The notes under the pieces were generated by a model that did no database searches, was not told where the DNA came from, and saw only the letters and a list, made by a program, of their open reading frames with translations. From Clostridia bacterium (GTDB lineage: Bacteria; Bacillota; Clostridia; Oscillospirales; CAG-272), in the NCBI GenBank assembly GCA_900754175.1, contig CAAEBS010000146.1, forward strand, positions 1 to 56,728: a stretch of 56,728 nt of DNA, read 5' to 3'. Position 1 is the stretch's first letter. Each line of letters opens with the position of its first letter. Made by a program: the position numbers and the translations under genes. Below, one piece after another: positions 25,650 to 33,659 of the stretch.

Positions 25650-26174
25650 TCATCTCCAGCGCCCCGCTTCTTCACGCTTTTTCTGTTCCTCCAGCTCACG
25701 CTCACGCAGTTTCCGGTCTTGCTTTGCGTCTTTTACGTCGCCTATCAATCCACGGGTCTCCGCTATGATAAAAACTGCCTGCGGCAACAGGAAAACGATC
25801 AGCGCCAGCGGCATGGCGGCAGGCGTGGACGTCAGAAAAACGCACGGCGCATACAGCGGCAACACCACGCAGTACAACGCCAGCATACGGTTGAACTGTC
25901 GCTTGTATTCCCTGGTAAAGGTGTATTCCCTGTCCGGATCCAAAAAATTAAAAAAGAAAAATCTGATAAAGATCACCCTGAATCTTAAATAATTCCCCTT
26001 GTGTCGGAACAGGCACGCCGCCAAGCCATACAAAACATGAAAAGCAAGCAGGCAGATCGCCGGAATCGAATACCTTGTGACCTGTAATTTATCCCTGAAA
26101 ATCACCATGGGCAAAACGCTTGCCAGAAGAATCACACAGATCCCCGCTATGCCGATTATCCTCTGCTTTTTCAC
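25650..26174 (-). CDS. Hypothetical integral membrane protein with charged C-terminal tail
   Basis: 174 aa, about 4 hydrophobic helices. Tail KDAKQDRKLRERELEEQKKREEAGRWR. GTG start with GGGAGGTG 5 nt upstream. Confidence 0.6.
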   Translation of the reverse strand: MKKQRIIGIAGICVILLASVLPMVIFRDKLQVTRYSIPAICLLAFHVLYGLAACLFRHKGNYLRFRVIFIRFFFFNFLDPDREYTFTREYKRQFNRMLALYCVVLPLYAPCVFLTSTPAAMPLALIVFLLPQAVFIIAETRGLIGDVKDAKQDRKLRERELEEQKKREEAGRWR

Positions 26175-26224
26175 GACAGCACCTCCCTTTCCTTTTTATT
26201 ATATCATGAAAAAGCAAAAAAGTC

Positions 26225-26274
26225 AAAAATATTTTCCAACCACGACAGCAGTTCTCCGGTTTACGCTTTATAAT
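26225..26274 (+). promoter_or_regulatory. Operator/promoter module, copy 2 (upstream of the DUF1906/Big_2 genes)
   Basis: AAAAATATTTTCCAAccaCGACAGCAGTTCTCC, then 11 nt, then TATAAT (26269..26274). 42 of 51 positions match copy 3 in my hand alignment. Confidence 0.5.
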
Positions 26275-26338
26275 AAGCTTGCAGCTGCAAAATAACACAC
26301 AACAAACAAAAATTTTTCAAAAAAAGGAGAAAAAAACT

Positions 26339-27148
26339 ATGGCTTGTAGAAAAGCTTACAAAACCAAAATCATGAAAACGGAGGTCGCCGCAAGCGTGCA
26401 GACTTCCGCCACAGTGCCGGAGGTGGCAAAAAGCGTAGACCGCCTCCTCTTCGGAGCGGACTCCGAAATTCCGGCAAACGACCTGCTTCAGAACAACATC
26501 GAGGAATTCGAGTGGGTCGTCCGCAATAAGATCTACCCCAACTTCTACGGCAGATACCTGACGGGAGAAAACGGGCTTACCAAAAAGGAGATCCGTTTCC
26601 TGCACAACAAGGGCTGCAAGATCGCCGCTATCTATGTCGATGAGGGCGAAAAACAGACCAAAGAGGCGGGCACGGTCCTCGCCAAGAAAATGGATATCCG
26701 GGCGTTTGAGCTTGGTATCCCCGAGGGAACCGCCATCTTCCTGGAGATCGGCGACAACGAGCCGGTCAACCGTGACTTTATGAAAGGTTACGCAAACGCC
26801 CTCCTCGCCGCCGGTTATACCCCCGGCTTCAAGGTCAACACCGACGCAAAATACCCCTTTGACCGGGAATTCAGCCGTGGAATGCAGTCCGATAAGGACG
26901 TGTTCGCAAAATGCCTGATCTGGGCAGTGACGCCCACCGTCAAGGAGTATAACGGCATCACCACCACGCACCTCATTCACCCCGACAACTGGGCACCCTT
27001 CGCCCCCTCCGGTATCACCCGAAACGAAATTGCCATCTGGCAGTACGGCAGAGCCTGCCACCCCATTGAGGACGACACCGGCAAAATGGTTACCTTCAAC
27101 CTGGACCTTGTCCGGAATGAACAGGTAATTATTGACAAAATGTTCTGA
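26339..27148 (+). CDS. DUF1906 / Rv2525c-like glycoside-hydrolase-fold protein (lysin-like), no signal peptide
   Basis: 269 aa from ATG 26339 (RBS AAGGAGA). GRYLTGENGLTKKEIRFLHNKGCKIAAIYV and a C-terminal IAIWQYG...FNLDLV resemble the DUF1906/GH25-like TIM-barrel family. Confidence 0.65.
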   Translation: MACRKAYKTKIMKTEVAASVQTSATVPEVAKSVDRLLFGADSEIPANDLLQNNIEEFEWVVRNKIYPNFYGRYLTGENGLTKKEIRFLHNKGCKIAAIYVDEGEKQTKEAGTVLAKKMDIRAFELGIPEGTAIFLEIGDNEPVNRDFMKGYANALLAAGYTPGFKVNTDAKYPFDREFSRGMQSDKDVFAKCLIWAVTPTVKEYNGITTTHLIHPDNWAPFAPSGITRNEIAIWQYGRACHPIEDDTGKMVTFNLDLVRNEQVIIDKMF

Positions 27149-27176
27149 AACCGACAACACAAAGGAGGTAAAACAA

Positions 27177-29324
27177 ATGACATGTGTAAATTCAGTCCGT
27201 ATCTATCCTGAAACCATCACGCTGGAAACCGGTTGCTGGTACTACCAGGCGTACGCCGAGGTGTGCCCGGAAAACGCCGACTGCAAGGAGGTGACCTGGT
27301 ACAGCGACGATCCCGCCATTGCAAGCGTGAACTATTCCAGCGGCTACATTTATGCCCGTTCGGTCGGCGTTACCCGGATCCACGCCATGGCAACCGACGG
27401 CAGCGGGTGCTGTGATTATCTCACGGTAACCGTGAAAAAATCGGTGCCGGTGCGTTCGGTCACCCTGGACCATTCCTACCTTTCGCTGGAGAAAGGGACC
27501 GACGTCACACTTCACGCCACGGTCTGCCCGGAAAACGCCACCAACCGGCGCCTGAACTGGCACAGCAACAATCCGAACGTCGCCACGGTAAGCAACGGCG
27601 GCACGGTCACGGCGATCTCCAAAGGCAGTACCATTATCACCGCCACTGCCGCCGACGGCAGTCTGGCTTGCGACTGCTGTAACGTCATCGTCACGACCGA
27701 CATCCTGGTCTCCTCAGTGACCGTTGTACCGTCAAGTAAGGTAATGACTGTAGGAAATTCAGCATATCTTGATGCTAGTATTTGTCCCCCTGACGCTTCC
27801 AATAAATGCGTAATCTGGCACAGTGAAAACGAGGCAATCGCCACTGTAAGCTCCAACGGGCTTGTCATTGCGCATGCGGCAGGAACTACGGTCATTTATG
27901 CCACTTCGTGCGACGGAAGTGATATTACCGGCTGTTGCCGCCTTACAGTAAACGCCAAAATCCCTGTTTCCGGCATTACCGTAACTCCCGCAACAGCAGA
28001 TCTTAAAGTAGGGACACGCAAAAAGTTGACCGTAACAGTGTCCCCTGCCAATGCAACTGATAAAAGAGTGCGATGGTCTTGCGGGCAATCGGAGATCGTA
28101 TTACTTGACACCCTGACGGGCGAAATACAGGCTATTGCCGCAGGAAACGCAACCGTCACGGCAACTGCTGTTGATGGAAGCGGCGTGTCTGGCTCTTGCC
28201 AGCTTCTGGTCACTGAAATCCCCGTAACGGGAATATCTATAGACCCTACGTCTTATACGATGAATGCAAAGAGTTCCGCACGTTTTGGCGCAACCATCAG
28301 CCCCTCAAACGCAACGAACAAAAAAATCATCTGGTCAAGTAATAACAAAGCTGTTGCAACAGTAAACCAGAACGGTTGTGTAACCGCTGTATCACCTGGA
28401 AATGCTACCATTTGGGTCACTGCGCAAGGTAACAAAGCCAAAACTGCTTCCGCCGCTCTCACTGTTAATGCGGCTGATACAAGAGAAGAAGTTGTAATTC
28501 AAAAAAATAATGAAGGTGGATATAAATTCTTCAAAGCTACTTTTAAAAATGGTTTGATTTGGGAAAGTGTTGAAGCAGAAAGAACAGTTATTACCGATTT
28601 GGCTCATAAACCACATCTCAGAAGAGCCAATGCCAATGTTGGGAGAGAATACTCAGATCAGCAGCTTGCATTTTTGTATCGTCTCGACCCCTTAGGGGTG
28701 GAATATTACGTAAATACATATACTAGAAATAAAAATCTCAGCACTGCTCAAGTATTGTATTACAGAGATCGAATATACAAAGCAATATTCGGTGATTCTG
28801 AAGACCGTCAGGGTCGCTTTCGCTTCACATTGGATAACAATGGAAATGTTCTCTATGGCAACTACAGTGGAGATAGAACAAAGTATTATACAAATGCAGA
28901 AATACTATTCGGTTCTCATGTTAATATCGACTGGAGTCAGTTTTGGCATGATATTATTGTGATGGTATTCAACAAAATTCCCGGAGTTTCAGCATTACAG
29001 CTTGGAGTAGAGGTTTTCAGAGGTTTGTTCTTCTCTGGATCATTAGTGGGAACTGCAAATAGCGCTGCTTCCAATTTCCTTGAAAATTATTGTAATGACT
29101 ATATGGCAGCAACCTCAGAAGAGAGCTTGTGCTCCATGCTGTTGGGATGGCCAGGAAACTTATGTAGCACACTATTAAAGCTTGGAAACATATTTGTGGA
29201 TGCTATTACACCAAAGAACATAAATGATATTACGCTTTACAAAAAAATTGATGAGCAAAGCAACTATAGATTAGTGTTCAACGGTGTACCCATGGCAAAT
29301 ATTATTGCACGTTGTAATACTTAA
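27177..29324 (+). CDS. Five-fold Big_2 (bacterial Ig-like) repeat protein with an unknown AT-rich C-terminal domain, no signal peptide
   Basis: 715 aa from ATG 27177 (RBS AAAGGAGG). Five repeats of the ...A.V.P.NA.NK.V.W.S.N..IATV...G.V.A...G...I.A...DGS... type, each ending in Cys-rich strands (CCDYLTVTV, CDCCNVIVT, GCCRLTVN, GSCQLLVT). The last ~285 aa match nothing I recognise. Confidence 0.8.
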   Translation: MTCVNSVRIYPETITLETGCWYYQAYAEVCPENADCKEVTWYSDDPAIASVNYSSGYIYARSVGVTRIHAMATDGSGCCDYLTVTVKKSVPVRSVTLDHSYLSLEKGTDVTLHATVCPENATNRRLNWHSNNPNVATVSNGGTVTAISKGSTIITATAADGSLACDCCNVIVTTDILVSSVTVVPSSKVMTVGNSAYLDASICPPDASNKCVIWHSENEAIATVSSNGLVIAHAAGTTVIYATSCDGSDITGCCRLTVNAKIPVSGITVTPATADLKVGTRKKLTVTVSPANATDKRVRWSCGQSEIVLLDTLTGEIQAIAAGNATVTATAVDGSGVSGSCQLLVTEIPVTGISIDPTSYTMNAKSSARFGATISPSNATNKKIIWSSNNKAVATVNQNGCVTAVSPGNATIWVTAQGNKAKTASAALTVNAADTREEVVIQKNNEGGYKFFKATFKNGLIWESVEAERTVITDLAHKPHLRRANANVGREYSDQQLAFLYRLDPLGVEYYVNTYTRNKNLSTAQVLYYRDRIYKAIFGDSEDRQGRFRFTLDNNGNVLYGNYSGDRTKYYTNAEILFGSHVNIDWSQFWHDIIVMVFNKIPGVSALQLGVEVFRGLFFSGSLVGTANSAASNFLENYCNDYMAATSEESLCSMLLGWPGNLCSTLLKLGNIFVDAITPKNINDITLYKKIDEQSNYRLVFNGVPMANIIARCNT

Positions 29325-29337
29325 ACAACATAAGCAA

Positions 29338-29368
29338 AACGCCCCCGTATTTCAATACGGGGAGCGTT
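29338..29368. terminator. Hairpin between convergent genes (probable bidirectional terminator)
   Basis: aacgcccccgta / tacggggAgcgtt: 12 bp with one bulge and a 6-nt loop. Lies between the stops at 29324 (+) and 29372 (-). U-tracts are weak. Confidence 0.5.
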
Positions 29369-29371
29369 ACA

Positions 29372-31048
29372 TCACCATTTTTCCGCTTTATAGCCATTCC
29401 ACTCCGGCGAGGTAAAGCCCTCTGCGCCCTCGTGGTAGTACACGATATACTGACCGTAAACCATATCGTCGCTTCGGTAATCGCTTGGAGCATTGCCCTC
29501 AAATTTCACTTTTTCCAGCCCCCTGCAACCGAGAAACGCCGTATCTTTCAGCCGGACGACCGTTTTCGGAATCACGATCTCCACAAGCCCATCCACACAG
29601 CTGAATGCACATTCGCCGATCGAAGTGATTCCCTCTTCCAGCGTAATGGCGGTCAGTCCCGAATAGGAAAAGCTGTATTTTCCCCACTGCGATACGCTTT
29701 TGGGAATCCGGACGCTCTTCAGCTCCTTACAATAATAAAACGCATAGGAGCCGATAGCACTCAGCTCATCGGGCAGACTGATCTGCGAAAGCTTCCGGCA
29801 ACTATAAAACGCATTATCTCCTAACGTTTTCAGTGCGGCAGGCAGATCCACTCTCTCAAGACGGCTGCAACCGGCAAATGCTCTCGCCTCTATGGTCACG
29901 ACCGTATCGGGAAGCGTTACGCTCACCACTTTGTCGTTGTCCTTGAACGCTGACATGGCAATTGCGGTAACCTTCTTTCCGTTGATCTTTTCCGGCACTC
30001 TGACCGTTTCGGCACTGCCACGGTAAGCAAGGATCTTTACGCTGTCCTGACCCTCCTCATATACAAAGTCGTCGAAAACGACATCGTCCTCCGACGAGCC
30101 AAGGAGCTTGGTCAGATAACCGTTCCACTGCGGCAAAGTGAAGCCCTTGGCTCCGGCTTTGAAAAAGATCGTATATCCGGGGCGGTTGAACGGAGGAGTA
30201 TCCTCCAGATATTCCTCCGGGGCGTCTCCCTCAAAAACCACCTTTTCTACCACACTCATGGAAAAGGTACCCTCCGTCACCTTCTTCACCGAAGCCGGTA
30301 TCACGATTTCCTTGATGGCGGTATCGGCAAACGCCTCATATCCGATCGTCTCCAGTCCCTCGTTCAGCGTAACGGTTTTCAATTCCGTGCATCCGCCGAA
30401 TACTCTTCCGGAAATCTCACGCAGGCTGTCCGGCAGGTCAATGCCTGTCAGCCGGGTATCGGAAAAAATGCCATACGGAAGAATTTCAATTCCTTCTGCC
30501 AGTTCAACCGTTTCCAGTCCTGACCCGGCAAATGCATTGCCGCTGGCCTCACTCAGGCACCCTGACGGAATGGAAATGTGCTTCAGTGACGTACAACCGA
30601 AAAACGTCTCAGAGCCAAGCAATTGCAGCGAAGCGGGAAGCGCTATATCCGCAAGCGCCACACATTCCCGAAAAGCCCCTGCCTCTATCTTTGTCAATGT
30701 CTGGGGCAAAACCACTGCAACAAGAGAAGAACAACTCAAAAAAGCGCCCACCCCTATGGTCGTTACCGGTTTTCCGTCGATCTCGGCGGGAATGACGACT
30801 CTTTCCACCGTTCCGATATATTCCCGGATTGTAATTCCGCCTTCCCCGTTTTCCTCATATTGAAAATCCTTCACGGGGTTCGCTGATTCTTCCGGTTCGC
30901 CGGTGGTCTGCGGTGTGTTTTCTGCGGTAGTTTCCTTTCCTCCCGCACTCACACCGGAGTTATCCTCACCGGAATTCCTGTTTTTGCACCCGGCAAATAC
31001 CGATGCCAGAAGCAATAACGACACCAAAGCACAAACAATTTTTCTCAT
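29372..31048 (-). CDS. BspA-type LRR (LRR_5-like) surface lipoprotein
   Basis: 558 aa from ATG 31048 (GGAGGTG 5 nt upstream; the ORF-track ATG 31060 lies inside the RBS). Lipobox LLASVFAGCKN. Repeated IP..V..IG..AF..C..L motifs throughout. Confidence 0.85.
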   Translation of the reverse strand: MRKIVCALVSLLLLASVFAGCKNRNSGEDNSGVSAGGKETTAENTPQTTGEPEESANPVKDFQYEENGEGGITIREYIGTVERVVIPAEIDGKPVTTIGVGAFLSCSSLVAVVLPQTLTKIEAGAFRECVALADIALPASLQLLGSETFFGCTSLKHISIPSGCLSEASGNAFAGSGLETVELAEGIEILPYGIFSDTRLTGIDLPDSLREISGRVFGGCTELKTVTLNEGLETIGYEAFADTAIKEIVIPASVKKVTEGTFSMSVVEKVVFEGDAPEEYLEDTPPFNRPGYTIFFKAGAKGFTLPQWNGYLTKLLGSSEDDVVFDDFVYEEGQDSVKILAYRGSAETVRVPEKINGKKVTAIAMSAFKDNDKVVSVTLPDTVVTIEARAFAGCSRLERVDLPAALKTLGDNAFYSCRKLSQISLPDELSAIGSYAFYYCKELKSVRIPKSVSQWGKYSFSYSGLTAITLEEGITSIGECAFSCVDGLVEIVIPKTVVRLKDTAFLGCRGLEKVKFEGNAPSDYRSDDMVYGQYIVYYHEGAEGFTSPEWNGYKAEKW

Positions 31049-31082
31049 AAGCACCTCCATACGGCAAACTTAAATCACCTAC

Positions 31083-31111
31083 ATTATACCATATTATAGC
31101 AATTTTGTAAA
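31083..31111 (-). promoter_or_regulatory. Promoter of the 29372..31048 lipoprotein gene
   Basis: Minus strand: TTTACA (31111..31106), 17 nt, TATAAT (31088..31083), preceded by TGg. The block tacattataccatat..aattttgtaaa is repeated at 32923..32954. Confidence 0.55.
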
Positions 31112-31174
31112 TAGCGAATCTGACGGTTTCGGAACAAAATTCCAAAAATTTACAAAACATGTCAGATATGATAA

Positions 31175-31339
31175 AACAACTGGCAAAGCGATTGGGCAGG
31201 AGCAGGCAGAAAATTCGATATGTGGCAGTATACAGAGACAAAACATATTCCGCCGATTTCCGGAAATGTGGACTGCGATGTTGCGTACAAAAATTATCCG
31301 CTGATCATCAAATCATTGCATCTGAATAACTTTAAATAA
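31175..31339 (+). pseudogene. C-terminal remnant of a GH25-type muramidase (lysozyme) gene
   Basis: Hand translation of this frame gives NNWQSDWAGAGRKFDMWQYTETKHIPPISGNVDCDVAYKNYPLIIKSLHLNNFK*. The MWQYT...ISGNVD..AYKNYP stretch resembles GH25 C-termini. The frame is closed by TGA/TAA at 31169..31174 with no upstream catalytic part. Confidence 0.45.
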
Positions 31340-31350
31340 TTTTCAAGCAT

Positions 31351-31389
31351 AAAAAAGCCCATAGGTTTTGATTTTCAAAGCCTATGGGT
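31351..31389 (-). terminator. Rho-independent terminator of the 31397..32335 gene
   Basis: Stem gcccatagg (31357..31365) / cctatgggt (31381..31389). On the minus strand it is followed by TTTTTT (31356..31351). It begins 8 nt after the stop. Confidence 0.6.
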
Positions 31390-31396
31390 GATTTTG

Positions 31397-32335
31397 TTAT
31401 GGTTTTCCTATTTCAAACTTTGTATATGGTCCGAAAACTTTTGAATATATTTCTAAGCTTTCAGCGTCGGGGACATAGATAGTACGTCCCGAATCGTAAC
31501 CGAATACGGTTTCGGTGTCAAAATTTACAATTTTTTTGTCTTCTGAAGCAGAAGAGGTAATATACACTTGTTTCAGATTAGGACAATTGATAAAAGCAGA
31601 ATATTCAAGTTCTGTAATAGATTTCGGTAGTATGATCGTTTCGAGAGCTTGGCAATTGGCAAAAGCTGCCTCACCAATAATTTTCACACTTCCGTCATCT
31701 GGTATGACACTGTTGTTGCAACCTAAAATAATTTTTTTTGAACTTCTTTCAATCAGACAATTTCCATCAACATAATAATACAGGTTCCCTTCCGCCACAA
31801 CAATTTTTTCGATGACATTCGATTTTATAAAACCGTGTCCTCCCATCGTTGGACGAGAATTGAACATACTTTCTCTAATACGAACAACGCTGGCGGGTAT
31901 ATAAATGTTTTTTATATCGAAGCAACGGTAAAATGAGCCTTTGATTTCTTTTATACCCTCAGATATAATAATTGTTTCAATGCTGATTTCAAATATCTTA
32001 TAAACATGAACTTCAGTAACCGGCAAACCCTTATACTCTGCTGGAAACACAAGTTCTTTTACTACATCAGGTAACCCTTCTGGGCAAACTGAATATGACT
32101 TTCCATCGTCATTGAGAATGTATCTCATGTTTGTGGCAGGGTCATACTCTCCTCCAAGAGTTTCAGCGTCTACTTCGCTCTCCGTTATTTTTTCATCAGT
32201 TCCTTCAAATTTTGCCCCAGTGGTGCCGACATTTTCAAACGGCTCCTTGGTCTCACTCTGGGAATCGGAATTACACGAACTTATATTCACTACCAGCAAC
32301 GCCAACAACAAAATGGCTAACATCCTTTTCTTCAT
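31397..32335 (-). CDS. BspA-type LRR (LRR_5-like) lipoprotein, AT-rich paralogue
   Basis: 312 aa. Lipobox LLVVNISSCNSD. LRR_5-like IPASVVRIRESMF, IIGEAAFANCQALETIILPKSITELEYSAFINCPNLK. RBS AAAGGAG. Confidence 0.8.
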   Translation of the reverse strand: MKKRMLAILLLALLVVNISSCNSDSQSETKEPFENVGTTGAKFEGTDEKITESEVDAETLGGEYDPATNMRYILNDDGKSYSVCPEGLPDVVKELVFPAEYKGLPVTEVHVYKIFEISIETIIISEGIKEIKGSFYRCFDIKNIYIPASVVRIRESMFNSRPTMGGHGFIKSNVIEKIVVAEGNLYYYVDGNCLIERSSKKIILGCNNSVIPDDGSVKIIGEAAFANCQALETIILPKSITELEYSAFINCPNLKQVYITSSASEDKKIVNFDTETVFGYDSGRTIYVPDAESLEIYSKVFGPYTKFEIGKP

Positions 32336-32390
32336 TTTGAAAACTCCTTTGATTTGTTTTTATCTTTTGGGGATCCCTTTATTTACCGCC

Positions 32391-32894
32391 TTAATCTGCC
32401 CTATATGTAAACAAATAGCTCATTCCACTCTGTATAGATGAGAAATATGAACGATCAAAGATGACTAATATACTGTCCGATTTGAATACAATTCTTCCGA
32501 AAAGCAGATCATCGTCATCATAAAAAGTAACTTTTCCGTTCTCAATTGCAGCCGTCAGATCAAAATCTGCCACTTTATATATACTCAACTGACATTTAAA
32601 TGTATTATTCTCAACCGAGAAGATCCTCAAAGAATCTGGTCTGCGTGTGCTGTTATGCCACATTCCCACATAATACGCCAGATCTTTTGCTTCAAACACT
32701 TTTTCTGTAGTCTCGCCCGAAAACGTTGTATCTTCAGTGGGTTCGTTTGTCGTGGTAGCATCACCGCTTATATTTCCAACAGTACCCGAACTGTTACGCT
32801 TTACGGTTTCCTGCTCAGGTGTGCTATGCTTGCAACCGCTGAACAGTGTCACCACTAATGCAAGCAATAAAAGTGCCGCAAATACTCTCTTCAT
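32391..32894 (-). CDS. Small lipoprotein, hypothetical
   Basis: 167 aa. MKRVFAALLLLALVVTLFSGCKH lipobox. RBS AGGAGG. No recognised domain. Confidence 0.7.
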   Translation of the reverse strand: MKRVFAALLLLALVVTLFSGCKHSTPEQETVKRNSSGTVGNISGDATTTNEPTEDTTFSGETTEKVFEAKDLAYYVGMWHNSTRRPDSLRIFSVENNTFKCQLSIYKVADFDLTAAIENGKVTFYDDDDLLFGRIVFKSDSILVIFDRSYFSSIQSGMSYLFTYRAD

Positions 32895-32925
32895 AAAAAC
32901 CTCCTATCGTAAGTTGGCTACTTAC

Positions 32926-32954
32926 ATTATACCATATCATGAAAATTTTGTAAA
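32926..32954 (-). promoter_or_regulatory. Promoter of the 32391..32894 lipoprotein gene
   Basis: Minus strand: TTTACA (32954..32949), 17 nt, TATAAT (32931..32926). Near-duplicate of the promoter block at 31083..31111. Confidence 0.55.
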
Positions 32955-32956
32955 GG

Positions 32957-33007
32957 AAAAATATTTTTCCAATGGCGACAGCAGTTGTCCTCTTTTCCCT
33001 TTATAAT
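32957..33007 (+). promoter_or_regulatory. Operator/promoter module, copy 3 (upstream of the xhlA-holin operon)
   Basis: AAAAATATTTTTCCAAtggCGACAGCAGTTGTCC, then 11 nt, then TATAAT (33002..33007). ATG 33052 lies 45 nt downstream. Confidence 0.5.
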
Positions 33008-33051
33008 ACAGGTACAGTCAAGCCAAATCTGATCAGAAAGGAGGAAATCTC

Positions 33052-33342
33052 ATGGAAGAAACACAGATCATTCTGGAACGGCACGAGCAACAGCTACGGG
33101 CACTGGAGCGGGATATTTCGGACCTGAAAGCGGTCCAGAGCGAAATCCGCACCATGAACGAAACGCTTGTCACTCTTGCCACCGAGCTGAAACACACCAA
33201 CGAACATCTGGCACGTCATGAAGAAAAAATCGGCGCCATGGAGGATCGTCCCCGGATGCGTCTGCAACAGATTGTGACCGCCATTATCGCCGCCCTTGCG
33301 GGCGGGCTGGTATCGGCTGTGATCGGAATGCTTCTTGCCTGA
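33052..33342 (+). CDS. xhlA: XhlA-like (haemolysin XhlA family) coiled-coil protein with C-terminal TM anchor
   Basis: 96 aa. Coiled coil HEQQLRALERDISDLKAVQSEIRTMNETLVTLATELKHTNEHL, then the TM segment IVTAIIAALAGGLVSAVIGMLLA. RBS AAAGGAGGA. Sits in the typical position before a holin. Confidence 0.7.
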   Translation: MEETQIILERHEQQLRALERDISDLKAVQSEIRTMNETLVTLATELKHTNEHLARHEEKIGAMEDRPRMRLQQIVTAIIAALAGGLVSAVIGMLLA

Positions 33343-33353
33343 GGAAAGACGAT

Positions 33354-33641
33354 ATGGACTTTTACGAATTCATCAAGCCCGAGCTTCTCATCCTCATCCC
33401 GGTCCTGTATTTTGTCGGGATCGGACTGAAGAAAAGCAAGCTCCCCGACTACCGTATTCCCCTGTTGCTGGGAGCGTTCTCCGTCCTGCTGTGCGCCGCA
33501 TGGGTGATCGCCACAAGCGACATTTCAGGCGCCCGTGACGTTGCCTGTGCGCTGTTCATCGCCGTTACGCAGGGGATCCTTACGGCAGGCGCCAGCGTTT
33601 ATATTCATCAGCTCTCCGTTCAATTCAAAAAGAAAAATTAA
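33354..33641 (+). CDS. Phage holin family protein (Hol44 / holin_5_2-like)
   Basis: 95 aa, 3 TM segments. N-terminus FIKPELLILIPVLYFVGIGLKKSK and TQGILTAGASVY match the clostridial phage holin family as I remember it. Confidence 0.7.
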   Translation: MDFYEFIKPELLILIPVLYFVGIGLKKSKLPDYRIPLLLGAFSVLLCAAWVIATSDISGARDVACALFIAVTQGILTAGASVYIHQLSVQFKKKN

Positions 33642-33659
33642 GAAAGAAGGAATTTTATC

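Noticed and set aside
26172-26205. cgacagcacctcc... resembling a fourth copy of the shared operator
   Set aside because: Only the first 8 nt match, the spacing to any TATAAT-like box differs, and the stretch is the complement of the RBS/GTG start of the minus-strand membrane-protein gene.
27177-32335. Diversity-generating retroelement acting on the Big_2/LRR proteins
   Set aside because: There is no reverse transcriptase gene, and I saw no template/variable repeat pair.
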